DNA of 63,056 bases, the filler included, from Sphacelaria rigidula (Eukaryota): the NCBI GenBank assembly GCA_964200075.2. It is 6 parts of 6 records of this genome, joined end to end, with 100 filler letters (N's around TTAATTAATTAA, not from the genome) between each part and the next. Parts side by side here need not be neighbours in the genome. Positions count along the whole stretch, not along the records: positions 1 to 10,429 come from CAXNAA020006509.1; positions 10,530 to 20,957 come from CAXNAA020006510.1; 4 more parts are not named here. One strand, 5' to 3'. The stretch's first letter is position 1; each line of letters begins with the position of its first letter. Positions 1-18,600 of this stretch are shown piece by piece. A program made the position numbers and the translations under genes. A model generated the notes under the pieces. That model saw nothing but the letters and a program-made list of their open reading frames with translations. It was not told the origin of the DNA and searched no databases.

Positions 1-1329
1 CTCACCCGCAGTTCGCCCAGATGTTGCGGATTTTTTCACGATCTCACAGAGTAACATTATATGTGGAAACATACCAGACCCTGGACAAAAAGAATTAAAG
101 GACTCTACAGTCAGTACGAACACGGCGTTGATAGTGTACTGCGCACAATATTAAATATAAACTGCATCGCGAGGCACAGGCCACAAAACGGGTTTTCAAC
201 GTGCGGGCACTCGAAGTCTGATCGTGGGTTGCTCGCTACACACAGCACGTCACATGAGGTTAATATCACTCATGATTTCCCGGAGATCCGGTGTTCATCG
301 CATGCTGGATTATCGCTCTATTGTAGTGTCTTCGGGGCATGAACGCCGACTGGGGGTGGTCGTCGAAGGATGTGCTGCATGCACAGACAGTTTACCGTCA
401 GCACAATACAGATTGTTGCAGTCGCGCGTGGGTTGAGGCGCCCTTGTCTCGGTCCGAAATTGGGTATATATGGAAACGGGCCGTAGATTTGGGTCAGCTG
501 CACCATGGTTTTGTCGTTTTCCTCGCTGTTCGCTTCCAAACTTGCTTTTCATCACAGTGCAATTCTGTGATTGTTGGGATAAAGTCGCACAGGCCCAATT
601 CGAACTTGATTCGAGAAAAAACATTTTCCGACTGAAGAATTGGAGGCGCAGAATCTCAGTTTTTTTCGGGTATAAACCATCGTTTCACTGGAAAATGACC
701 ATTTTACATGATGACCAATTCAGGGCATTTTGTTTTTCAAGGCGGCCATCCAGCTTCGCGAACACCAAACAAAGTTTCAGCACTTGGACCGACGAGTCCC
801 GCCAATCCACTTGAATTTGCACCAAATTGTAGGCTAATGTTTCCCCTATCTTGTTTCGGCTGTTTGACTACATCCAAGACGTGATCAAACGTCGAAAAAT
901 TTATTCATGGCATGCACGACGATATAGAAAAACATCTTCAATGCATCCGTGATGTCTGATGTGGACGTTGGGCCCATGGTTTTTCGACGAATAGGAAAGT
1001 GTTCTTGTTTCAAACGGACGGTGGTGTTCCTGACTATCCTATACGACGTACAAATGTAAGGGTGTCCATGTTGTGATTATGCCTTCCATGCGTTCTAAAG
1101 CAACTTGTAGTCCGCCCGCTAACAATCAATACGTCTAATAACACCCCCTGCGTAAGGGTGTTCGAGGTGAGACACGCTCATCCCATCGTCGGGGAGGGTG
1201 CAAGGATGGACTCCAATCAGCCAATAGGGTCCATACCTTATAGTGACCACTCCCGTGCTCAGGGAAATCGCCGTTCGTCTTTAGCAGGCCCTGACGGTAG
1301 ATTATGATCCCAGTCCATACGTGAAGAGG

Positions 1330-2050
1330 GAATGAAGCAGTATCTTCCCCGGTGTGTGTGCAGTCTCGTTGGGAAACGCAAGAGGGAAGACTAGTCAGCG
1401 CAGGTTGTAGGCTTTCAACTGGTACCGCCCACGTGTTGATCCGTTGTTTTCCGGCCGCAGATGGTTTCCACGTCGGGTAACATTCGCTTTACAATTGAGA
1501 ATCTTTGGAGAGGGGATGCGTTGATGTCATCCCCGGGATTGGGATGGCGGGTGGAATGAGTCGTGAACCAGTAGTGTAGGCGAACACGTCCTGACCATGC
1601 CTCTGGCTTGTTCAGCGGTATCGCCATTCGTATTCATCGAGTCCTGACAAAAGATTCACCCGCCTGCGTTTCTACGGAGAGGGTGAAACAATTTATTCCC
1701 TGGGGTGTCTGCAGTCTCGCTGAGAGAAACGGAAGACACCACTAGCTAGGGTGGGCTGTAGGCTTCTACAGGTACCCATCACATGTTCAGATTCGTTTTG
1801 TCCGGCCGGAAATGGCTGAAACGTCGGACAACACCCCCTCCCACCGAAATTGTTCGGGAAGGGGATGCATTGATCTTGTCCTTGAGATTGGGGATGTGGG
1901 GAAAAGGTGATGAAGAAAAGAGTTGGATGAAAAAATAATCAATATGCCTCCCGCGTGTTCCGTGGCATCGCCGTTCGTGTGTAAGTGCATGCGTAACTGG
2001 CCAAAACGGTAGTATTACTTCCATCGGGTTCGGGGAAGGGATGGAGCGGT
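1330..2050. repeat. Degenerate tandem duplication, period about 350 bp
   Basis: The blocks 'tgcagtctcg...tgtaggctt...ggtacc...ttttccggccg...aggggatgc.ttgat...gattgggatg' at about 1347-1547 recur at about 1698-1895. Confidence 0.6.
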
Positions 2051-3799
2051 TTTATCACCGGGTGGGGAGAAACGGCGGATCGGAGAAAGCCGCGTGATTG
2101 TCTACATGTTCTATCGACGCGTTCGTGTGTTTGAGTGTATCACCGTTCGCGTGTTCACACGCTCAAACGGTAGATACCACCCGTGTGATGATGTTTCAGA
2201 GGGGATGCGTAGATAACTCTTTTTTATTATTTCGTTCTTGAATTATTGAGAAAGTACTTGTATGTAATCCAAAGGTGTCGCTATTCGCGTGTCATGAAGC
2301 CAAAACGGCGGATGCCACCCCCAAATTCCTGGTAGAAACGACCCCACGCGGACGGCTATTTTCTCGTCTCCTAAACCATGCACGTCACACCCACAATCAT
2401 ATTGGTCACTGGTACTTTTTCACTTTCAAGAGTCCTCTATCATTTTTTGGACTTCGAATAAGTGTTGTTGATCTCAAAATCGCCAGAACGTGGACCTCAA
2501 TGACAGCAAATGTTGAGAAGTATTGGGAATTGGCGGGAAAATTCTAAATAGTAGTACTCCGGAGTATTTGGGTTGAAACACCGCGCCTACATGTACTCAT
2601 GGTTGTAGAGGGCCAGCCCACGGCGATCAGCATGCAAAAGAAGAGGTAGCTATTACATGGTTTTTCGATGCTGCATGCTCTCTGAGATTCGTGAGCAGTA
2701 GCGAGCGTACATCACCTGGAGCTTATGAGGGTAATCGGTGATCGATCAAATGCTTGATTGTTGCACATCAGCTTATCCGCTACGAATCCAAGTGCGGTTG
2801 AGGAGACGTGCTCGAGGTGAATGCATCGGAGATACTCGCTGAAGGAGCCCCCGAGGATATGGGAGAGGGAGTGTATGAAGAAGATAAAAACACATTACTC
2901 TGACATGAACCCCAGGCTGGTAAAATTAGAAGTATTACTTCAACCTAGGACTTGGCTGGACAGATGAGGACATCGTGCGCGCAGGGGTATTTGGAGTTTT
3001 GCGTGCGTGGCGAACAGTTGATGATCCCGCAAGCACAAAAATATAGGTCGTGGAAAAAAAATACCCTCTGTAGTACCAAGATAACGGTAATATTTTGCCC
3101 AAGTGTGGGACTGGTAGTGTATAGCCTGTATTGCACTGCTGGCACACTGTCTGCGTCTTTAAGCTATCCCTAGGCTGCGACGATCAGTTGACGAGTACAA
3201 GTGTGCCCCAACGAAGTGGAGCGATGACCCTCAACATGATGATCGGATGAGGCCATGGTCTCGTAGTCATATACCATCAGCTTTGTGTCATGATGTGTGT
3301 GGATAGCGAAACGTGACAGTGCAATCCAGCGCTGCAAATGGTGAGAACTTCGATGGCCTTTGCTCCCGCAGACTCGCGTTACCCGAAAATAATTCGTGGT
3401 GTAGTTATCCACGGGATCATACGCATTTTCTTACCGCTGATCATTTGAGGTCATTTTTTTTCAATGAATCCGTTGTCGTCACCGTTGTCGTCAGGTACTC
3501 GGATGTCGTTTCTTTTATATACCTGAGCGTGACCCCCCTCCCCCTCCTCTAGTGTCCATGAGACTGACTGCTAACCCGCGATATTATTCCGAAAGGCAGT
3601 CGCTCGTCTGACGGGGTGAGCACGTGTGTTGAGAGCATCGATTGTCGGGAAATAGTTGCAGCTGTGTCGGTGTGTAGTGTGTGTGCTCTTGTCGATCCCG
3701 GCTCTCTGGGATGCGTTCACCATCATAATTTGGCAACAGGACAATATGGCAACGTTCTCAAACGCCGCCCCTTGAAAATGCGTTCTGGACTGTCATCGT

Positions 3800-4312
3800 C
3801 TATTCCCGTTGGCACATCGTTCCTCCTCTTGTGCTTTCACGCCCGTCACTCGGAAACCTATGGATGCAAAGCAAATAACAGTGACAGTTTGCAATGGTAG
3901 AGTTCAGACTGACGTATTTGTTCTGTGTTGATGTGGAGTGTGAAGCAAATATGGCGTGAATCCAAGAAACTGCTGCTCTATACCGTTTCCAATAGTGAAA
4001 TTTTGACGAAACGCCTGGTGTCGGGGTGCCCATAATAAGATGGGAGTATTGACTCGTCATATGACGCCGAGCTCCTTCATGCCCCCAGCACAGCCCAAGA
4101 AGCGTTTGAACATTCCACGTGCCGAATATGCGATGGTGATAGCCGCACCGTAGGCATGTCCCGTATGTTCCATGGAGCAGACTGCTGTTGCCAGCCGTCA
4201 CATCCTCTAGCTGGCGCGCCTTCTTCTTTGCTCCTGTTGATTTTTTCTCGCCTTCTTTGTTGGCGACGTGTTGAAGACTTGGCAGCTGGTGTCCATCTGT
4301 TTTTGTTACCAT
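3800..4312 (-). mobile_element. Decayed non-LTR retrotransposon fragment (start of AP-endonuclease domain, RTE-like)
   Basis: The minus-strand ORF contains RIFGTWNVQTL, matching the xIGTWNVRTL start motif of LINE APE domains. Further on an IGFRV motif (GVGFxV-like) occurs in another frame. No RT domain seen. Confidence 0.45.
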
Positions 4313-4499
4313 GACTTACTTCCTCTCCTTCCTCTCCTTCCTCTTCTTCCCCGACTTTTTTTGTGAGAAAAAATGACTGCTCCAGATCGCATCGCCAGCT
4401 GCTCACTGGTGAATCTTGTTCTATATGTATTTATTTTATTTTATTTCTCTACCCATCCATGCATGCGTGTGTTTTCTCCTGTACCTTGTTTCGGCACAG

Positions 4500-9983
<5,484 letters not shown>

Positions 9984-10354
9984 GCGAGTACTATTTTTAT
10001 TTTTTTATCCTCATCATTTCCTTCTTTCGTGTTCTTCGTCTCCATTGAGATATGACAAGGTTCGCTCCAACTGAGGACTGCTTGACTGTCGCAAGTTTTT
10101 TTTGAATTTTCGAGATTCCACCCACCGTCGGAGGCACTCGATGCGTCTACACGTGTCTTGTTTTTGCCTTGTTGAACCCATCGCTTCTACTTTCATTGAA
10201 TCTCGACTTCTTCCTGCCACAGTTGTGGCGTAAATGAGACGTAACTCGTCGTCCTGTTGCTGCTAGAGTGCACTACAGTAGTGATACCGTGGAGGCCTGT
10301 GTTCCACTCATCGGATGAACCATTCCGGAAAGTAGATTCTAGAGCGAACGACTG

Positions 10355-10429
10355 GGACTTTTTTTCCCTCTCATTTTGAACTCCTCCCCTTCCTCGGGAT
10401 GAGTCCGTGGTCTCAAGGGCTCAACCCAT
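10355..10429 (-). mobile_element. 3' end of a SINE, same family as 11265-11588, cut by the contig end
   Basis: 'ctccccttcctcggga.gagtccgtggtct.aaggg.tc.accca' is shared with 11315-11360, with a T-rich tail on the left. Confidence 0.65.
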
Positions 10430-10529
10430 NNNNNNNNNNNNNNNNNNNNNNNNNNNNNNNNNNNNNNNNNNNNTTAATTAATTAANNNNNNNNNNNNNNN
10501 NNNNNNNNNNNNNNNNNNNNNNNNNNNNN
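10430..10529. other. Artificial contig linker (N44-TTAATTAATTAA-N44)
   Basis: Identical 100-bp cassette with stops in all six frames; recurs five times. Confidence 0.98.
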
Positions 10530-10648
10530 GGTCGCTCTCCACTGTTGGGCATGGTGTAAGAGAAAATCCCAGATCGCTCCAAGAATCGAACCCCACAACT
10601 CAACCACCAAGAGGTTACGAGGTTACCAACTGAGCCACCGGGGCGACC
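10530..10648 (-). mobile_element. tRNA-derived SINE head (Pol III A and B boxes)
   Basis: The minus strand reads GCCCCGGTGGCTCAGTTGGTAA (A box) ... GGGGTTCGATTCTT (B box), with no complete cloverleaf. Confidence 0.65.
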
Positions 10649-10972
10649 GACCGGCTATCTGAGTGAATACTGTTATAAGAGTATGGTATGACGCTATTTA
10701 TAGCGATTCTGTGTGAATGTGTACAGCCTCTCCATTTGGCAAGGAAAATGCATAGGAAGCAGAGGGTTGCTCAGAATGGGCTCGGTTCACGGACTTGAAT
10801 GATGTTTGTGAAACACGATCTTTTATCGTGGCTCCAGCGTATATTGCGCGGCGAGTAAGACAAAACAACAGAACGAATACACTGGCCAATCGTTTCCAAG
10901 GTATCTAGGAACTTCGGGTCTTTGCTCAAAGTCGTTCCCACCGGTGTATCATAAGAGATACTGTCAGCCGTA

Positions 10973-11998
10973 CTATCGAAGGTCATTAGGGTAACTTCCT
11001 TTTAGTATATTTCCGGACAGATCCAGCGCTCGAAGTGCTGCCAGTAGCCCGAAGGATGGTGGTAGCACTCCTCGTAGCCCATTGCATTGTAGCCTAATCG
11101 CAGCAACCTTGCAGTGAACACGAGAGATCATGACAAACGGGCGTTCCTGGCACTTTTTCTGAGTAGCTCCTACGGAAGTTGAGAAATCCACGCTGAGCAA
11201 GCTGGTGCCTACTATCAACCAACAGCTCCTAGCTTGTATATCAAGAGGGTATCGTTTGCTTATATTTTATTTCTTTATTCATTTTTTTATTGTTAGTTTT
11301 CACACTTTAAACCCCTCCCCTTCCTCGGGACGAGTCCGTGGTCTTAAGGGATCGACCCATCTCTCCCCGATACATGCCTCGTATTTTGGTCTCGCGGATT
11401 GGGTCAGCACTCCCGTACCGCGTCAACTCTGGACGAACAAACTCAGTCCACTACTTTTTGTTTACTCACGGTTTCGCGCTTTCCTCGGAGGAATCAGATA
11501 CTTCGAAGAAAAAAATCAACGTATTTGGAATGGATCCCACGTTCTCTCCAAATTAATGGTGACAGTCGGACCGTTAGACCACCGGGGCAAGCCGGCACTA
11601 TTGAGTCGCTATTACTAAATTACTCTCGAGATGAAAATACAAACACCGTGGTACGCTTAGCTAGCCGAGCTATTATAAAACTATGGTGTCGCACTACACT
11701 CTCTTTCGATATGGTGAAAACGTACCCTCCCGTCTCTCATTACCACACCAGCTCGCCTCTGCTCCAAGTGGCACCCGCGCCCAGGGTCAGTCTGACCAAG
11801 TGTAAGAGATCGATCAATCTCGCTGTGTGTGAAAGATGACGATGATGCGGCGGCGCCATTCCTCCCGTCTCCGTTGTCAGTCCAGCCGTCATCATTAGAC
11901 CATGAGCCTTCTTGGCCTCCGCAGAACAAGAATATTTCATCGAGAATTATCTTCTCCCATGACGTTATCGCTGCTCTTGTCCTTGCCTCCAACCACAT
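10973..11998 (-). CDS. Leucine-rich-repeat protein, N-terminal exons (LRR N-cap plus first LRRs); partial or decayed
   Basis: Exon 11998-11726 (...ILDEIFLFCGG..SWSNDDGWT...GVVMRDGR, donor GTACGT) joins in frame to exon 11107-about 10976 (VAAIRLQCNGLRGVLPPSFGLLAALRALDLSGNILKGSYPNDL), a plant-type LxxLxLxxNxLxGxIP repeat. Confidence 0.7.
11265..11588 (-). mobile_element. tRNA-derived SINE (about 320 bp) in the LRR gene intron
   Basis: The minus strand starts GCCCCGGTGGTCTAACGGT (A box), has GGGATCCATTCC (degenerate B box) and ends in an A-rich tail. A second copy of the 3' end is at 10355-10429. Confidence 0.65.
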
Positions 11999-12632
11999 GT
12001 CACACTACCTGAGATGAAGTCAGAGGAAGCAAGGGTCACCTGCGCATGATGCAATTTCACTTGGGCCAAGTGTGCAGCATCTCGTTCGATACTTCATCGT
12101 CTGTGCTGTCTTGTGTGTTTTTCGTACAGCGCCACTTCAAAGCATTACATACAGTGCGATACTATCGTATTGTAGAGTTGCATCACGCTTCACGGCGACT
12201 TCGTGCCCAAGAAAATTGACATCAAGACAGGTGGCAGGATTTGACAACAAGACTGAAAGATCAGAGGATTGCCCGCCTGTTGATACTACATATCATTGTC
12301 GCTTCACACTGACAGACACACCTCCCGAATACGTCAACTGTTGGTTCGGCACTTCTTCTTATCGCTGACAGAGAGATCCATTTGCAACTGTCCGCGTGCA
12401 TGCAATGACGAGTGCTCTTTGCGGGAGAGAGCTGCCGGGTTGGGTCGAGCTGGGGTCTGATCTATTACACCGCACTTTGCGTCTATTTCGCCGCATTTTG
12501 CACACATTCCCCATTCCCACACGGTCAGCTGCACATCTTGTCAGCGATCGGGTTTCGAGATTGCTGATTAGAGTCAATCTAGCTCTTTAATCGGAGCTGT
12601 TTTTCCTCAATTGGCATAGAATGTGTAGAGGT

Positions 12633-15600
12633 ATGGGCCAGGGGATCACCAAGAGGGTATTGGCCGGCAGGCAGCCATCGATTTATAAAACTTCCGTATG
12701 GGCGAGAAGATATCGCAGGGACTTCGAGGCGTTGCAGCTCTCGGAAGAGCAGGTTAGGCTCATGTGGGAGGCTTTTTGTAAGGTGAGATAGTTCGGGAAG
12801 GTATGTCGTGGCACCTACTACTCCTTTTGTTGCGCGCTTGTTGGGAGTCCTTCTGACGCAACTCATCGGTGGCTATGTTGCTTGTTCATGGTGAGTTGTC
12901 GCTGCCAGTGTCCTGCCAAATCATTCATATCCCTCATGAGCGCCGGGCACCCCTGCCCGTACTTATTGCTGCATTGTGCTGCTGCTGTACACGCAGATCG
13001 ACGAAGATAAGTCGGGTGAGATAAGTCTCTGGGAACTTTTCGAAGCTCTAGAAATGAAGCAAAGCAAGTTTACTAAACGAATTTTCCGGTGAGTACAAGC
13101 GCGGTAAAATAGTATGATTTAGCGACGTACAACTTAAACCTTTTGACCACCACCATCGTTTCGGAACAGTATCAGCGGCTGACGGTCCAGCAGCATCCGG
13201 GAGGTTGCCAGGGGGCGAGGGCCACGGGAGAGGGGGGTTCTTTTTCGATGGGGGCGTGCGGATTCCTAGGCGGTCGGAGGAAAACTTGAAGATCAACCAT
13301 GCGTTGTTCCAGTCAATTTCTAGGTCGGGAAACAGGTCTGAGAGGAGTGGAGTGACCATTTTTTTCACTTCTGCTTGGTCAACGTGGTCATGATGTTCCA
13401 CACCCAGGATAGGTCATGAGTTAGCCCATCTATTGTTCAGGAAGCGAACAGTTTATCCATTGAACCTATGAGCGCTCACTGGTTCTCTATCGTGTATAGC
13501 TCAATCCGTGGAAAACATGTATAGCTCATGTAGCTCTTTATACCTTAAGCCGAGGAAAACATGTGTAGCAATAGCTCACGCCGAGGAAAACATGTGTAGC
13601 TCATGTAGCTCCCTATAGCTCCTTACGGGGACAGATGAGCTATTATAGCACATACATGTAGCTCCGTGGAGCTCCTCACGGGGACAAGTGAGCTAGCTCA
13701 TAATGTAGCTCCCCATAATACACCTCGAAAACGCGATCATAGCTCATGTATGTGGCTCACTGTAGTTATTTTCTGGCAAAACATTCATGTACGATGTGTA
13801 GCTGAAAATAGCCACCCTCCGGGACAGGTGCTGACGTGTAGGCTTGCTTGCACAGTTCCCCGTGCGGGTGCTGTGTGGTGTTGGTGTTGTGCTATGTGCG
13901 AGCGCTGATTGTGTTGAGCGCGTGACAGCTGCGCATTGAACAATTCAAATTCTGCCGAGTCTAACAATTATAAACATATACGTTCAGAACAGAAGCAGCT
14001 ATGATCCCATATCGTATGACATACAGCAGTGTAGTACTATGGAAATATATAGTCGTTTCAGTTGATGCCATTCGGATACATGGTGTTGAACGTACAAATA
14101 CTTGTATTTGTCACTATGTATGCCCCGGATAGACAGACCATGGGCAAGCTCGTCTATTTCGCGTAGGTCAAGCCGGGGAGAACATGCCAACTCATGTAGC
14201 TCCCTATAGCTCCTCACGGGAAACCACGTGTAGCTCACGTAGCTCACGCAGCTCACCGGTGAGTAAAACGTTTGCTCGAGCTACGGTGAACTGATCTGTC
14301 CGAAGTGTGTACTGCAATCTTCCTTGCAACTTGCTTAATATTGCACACGTTGGACAGACCATGATCCGTCTGGACATTATTTCCTCTCAGCATGTTGATC
14401 CGGATCATGATGTGGATGATTTGCACCCCCTATTTCATGTTTACTCCTTACAGCGCCGCACGCCGAGCACGCCGAGTAGCACAGAGGTTGCGCTTTCGCT
14501 CTTCTGACTCCACGGTCATATATTTGGTGTATTTGGATCAACGGATCCGAGAGTCTCCTTTGATTAGTTATTTCAGACAAATCATGATCTGTCCGGCGTG
14601 TGCAATATTGCACCCTCGGCAGTCAAGGTATTTTTGAGCATTTTGGCAACGACCACTCAACTAATGAAACACACACATAAATGAGCGTAATTTTTTTGTC
14701 TGTGCAGTCGTCGTCACCTGCCTAACACCTCTTGTGCCATCAAGGGAGCTGTGCACTCTGCTGTTGTTGCTATGGAACGATGAGCAGAGATGAGCGTAAA
14801 TAGGGCGCAGTAGACCGTGCAGTGGAGAGCGATGGCACACCGATTGTTTAGTACCGTTGTTCACCGCCACCGATGAAAAGCACGTAAGCGGTACAGCAGC
14901 AGTGCAGCAGTACAGGTGGTGAGCATAATGGAGATCATGTGACATGCGTGCAAGATCAGACCATGCTCGAGATGTGTCAGCGCCGCCCCAAAAGTAAGAC
15001 TGCGGGAGCATAGTGAAGGGGAGTTGCTCCGTCTCCCCGTTAATGTAAACAGGCGTGCTGTGTAGCATGAAAAAAGTAGGTCCGAAGCCATATTGACCCA
15101 TGGGCAATATTGCGCAATCGAGGAAGAGTCGAGGTCAGAGGGTTCAGAGGGTACGGGATCACTGCGAGAGTGAAATGAGCGAGTCGTGCATACCTGCGGA
15201 AGGCTCACTTAGTCGCTGAAGTCATAGTACTATAGTCAGCATCCATCGGGATGTCATATGGTGCCATCACTTATTCTCTGTCTCAACTTGAAAGAAAGTA
15301 ATGCTGGTACGTCCCCTCGTTTCGATCACGTATACTTCACAACACCTCACAATTGGATGGAGGCTGGAGAGCCAGCACGAAGGAGCCTTGACCTATAGGG
15401 AACAAAGGGAGTGATCGATGGTATTATTAATCATTTCCTGTGATGTTCCCGTCGCCCCGTAGCCGGGAGAAATGTCTGCTCCGACAAATTTCGAAACCCG
15501 TTTTATGTATGTTAGATCATCAACTTCTATCCAAAGCTTCTTGCTGCAGACGGCCGCGTCCCAACTTGTGCATGTACGTTTCTACGCCCGAGATGATGGG

Positions 15601-18600
15601 ATTAACCGAAGCATTTCCTAAGCGGTTTGAGCGATCGTTGATATGATTCCGAAAATTCAGACAGTATTCTGCCCTCGGTTTGAAACTGCTCCGCGAGACA
15701 GGAATGGGGCCCGGAGATTCCCAACACTAAGTTTACGCGGATACAGACTACCAAAGCTGTTAAAAATTCGAAGAAATTACCGAGTAACAACAGCAAAAGT
15801 GGGCATCTTCGCTTAGCGCGCATGGGCAATGACTATGGAAACCACCGCAAAGGACAGACGGGATTCTACACGTCGAGAATTGATTAGTTTTTAGGATCAA
15901 CCTTGGCAACCTTCACATAAATCGAAATGTTCTCGAAAACAAAATGCACTATCCGGCCTTGTTTATTCTCAAAACAAAATCCATACGTAGTTTGTAAAAT
16001 CTCTTGCTAACAGGGAATTCTGATGAATAAGTAACGTTCACTTGCACGGGAACGATCGGAGGTCGAAACTATTGGTACTCGTAGAAGCACGGGATGTTAC
16101 ACATTGAGGATGAGCAAGGCCACGTATCATGGACGCAGAGTGCATTTGCACTTATGTTATAAAATATTTCGATGTTTGCGAAGGTTTCCCAGGCTCATCC
16201 TCAAAAACGTCAATCCTCAAAGTGTAAAATCTCGTGTTAGAAGGGGAAAATTCTCACAGGTGTCCGTTGAGGGCTCAATACTTTTGGCATTATGCGACAC
16301 CAGTAATGTCAATGCATTGGGTGTAGTGTCAGCCTGGAGGTTTTTGCTCCGAACTAAAACGAAAAACTGGCCATCGTTCGTCAGAGTCAAGAAGCGGCAG
16401 AATATGTGAGATCCTTTTTTTGGGAGTATTCTTTCACTATGTTTGCACAAGAAGCAAAGCGCACGCGTAGGTAGTCGTGCCAAGAACACAACGATGCCGT
16501 CCGCCCAACCGTCAGGTAGTACAGCGAATCACGGTGGTTGCTATGCGATCTTCGGTCTTGCACTCGTGAATCAGACAGCGGGTGTTGCTTCCTGTGAGCA
16601 CGATGCCCCGTAGTCAGCGTAACAGTACACAACATCACACTATGCATACAGTACAGTAAAGACAGTAGCGTACCGATATGTCGGTCAGTTTTATGTAATT
16701 TGAGTCATGATTGCAAAATACATCTGGTCAGTAGAGTAGAAGTGAAGGTGCCTTCTATGTGTGATGATGTTTAGGTAAAGGCTCGGACGGGCCGCCACAA
16801 ATTTGAGGCATCATCATTTTTTACCCGCGACGGTTGCAGCCCTGTGGAGGTGCTTCCGGGCCTCGGCCACCGATACCCCTGTGTCACCCCTGTGCCGTTG
16901 TGCGACCGCGATTTTGAGTTACTATCTACAGGGTCAGGTGGGCGTGATGGATCGATGCCAGGGTGATAATAATTATACGTTTTGCTTGCAGTTCTCGTTT
17001 TCTTCCCTGTAATGTACGATACTGTGGCTCATTGACGGCCAAAGGTAGGGACCTGGGACCACGGGTTCCGTGAATTCGAAGCATGACGCCAAGACCAAAA
17101 AAGTCTACATTTCGTGCTTCTAGGCGGAAGACATGGTATCCACTGAGTGATGCGCGCCCCCATAATGCATTGATTTATTTTCCAGTACCCTGTGGCGCAC
17201 ATTCTGTAGAAATCACACACACCCTCCCTCCCTCCGTCCCTCCCTCCCCACTAGCAAAACGATGCGTGGTCAATGGTCAAACGACTAAGGCAAGCAACAA
17301 ATCAGTACGCCCCCCCCCCCCTCCAACCAGCAAAACTAACGATCCCCACCTCCGTGAAGCTCATGGAGAGATGAAGACACCATAGCCTGCCAGGCGCACG
17401 GTACTTTGCAAGGAGAATTACGACTCACCAGGACGTACACAATCGAGGAACCAAAGTGCTGCGCTATTTTTCAACTCTCGGGTGCCCAAAAGTTGATCGT
17501 TTCCCTCCGGGAGGGGTGGGGGGGAGCAAATTTTTCACGCGATGGAGCTCCCTACCCAGGAGCTGATCACAAATACAGAAGTAAGCGATTATTCGCCATG
17601 AACTTCCAACACCCCCCAACCACCGCATCTATATTGCTAATACGCCTCCGAGCTGACGGTGTGCAAATTTGAGCGAGGGCGGTTGTTGTCTCAGATCTCA
17701 CTTGATGTCATGATGTGGAGCATACTTCCTGGCGGGAGCTCGCCAGTATCCGTTTGAACACGCGTATTTAGCTAGGGCGTCGCGACCCCCTCCCCGCCCT
17801 CTGCAAGATATAGAGTATTGCAAGCAATCAAATGAATGGAGCTTTTGGATGCAGACACTTTTCCATGAAGACCTGTGAAATCAGATATCTGGTTTTCGAA
17901 GAATCGAAAAGCAGGGAGTAAATCATGCTGATGTTCTTATTTATTCCCTCCGTGTTTCAACATGTGTTGGCGGAAGGATATTCGATGAGGACGGGAGTGG
18001 ATCTGTAGACTTCCGAGAATTTGTTATGAGCTTATGGAACTACTGCACTTTATCCAAGGCGGCTCTGATCATGTTTGCCTTCGACCTGTACGACAACGAC
18101 AACAGCGGCGAGATCGATGTCATGGAAGTGGAGTTGCTGCTCAGGGAGGTGAACTCGTGTAGACTGCATACGTCAGCCGTACAATAATCTCTCTCTTGCG
18201 ATTGACACAGATTGTGGAGTGCTCGTAACCCATTGGTTTCAAGATGGACCGAAAACCTGCCACCTCATCTGGTGAGAGGAATCCTTGCTCGTCGCCCCTG
18301 TCCTAGCATGCCTACTCTCAAGGTGCTCAGATTCAGAGATGCAACCAGCTAGGGATGGAGCGGGAGGTACAGTAGCGGGTAGTGTCTTCCTGCCGCATGT
18401 TTGTAATTGATTGTCAGCATAATGACGCTATCTAGTTCGCACGGAAAAGGCTACGTATAACGTGCACCGTCACCGCCGTCACCTCACCATCCAGGTGTAT
18501 GGGCGAGAGTTTCAGGCGAACGCCCAGGCCCAGGCAATCATGGCCAAGATCAGAGGAGGGGATCTGGGTATGACCAGGAGCATCAGTGTGGACAACTTTA

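Noticed and set aside
1380-1400. GAAGACTA|GTCAGC as the end of Rab1A exon 1
   Set aside because: It lies inside a tandemly duplicated repeat and no convincing N-terminus precedes it.
10239-10266. RNSSSCCC* as the Rab1A terminal exon
   Set aside because: It needs a weak GAG acceptor and gives an implausibly short hypervariable tail. The nearby CAG acceptor (10222) hits a stop in the required phase. The true exon is probably off contig.
10474-10485. TTAATTAATTAA as a biological motif recurring every 10.5 kb
   Set aside because: It sits in the centre of identical N-padded cassettes; it is an assembly linker.
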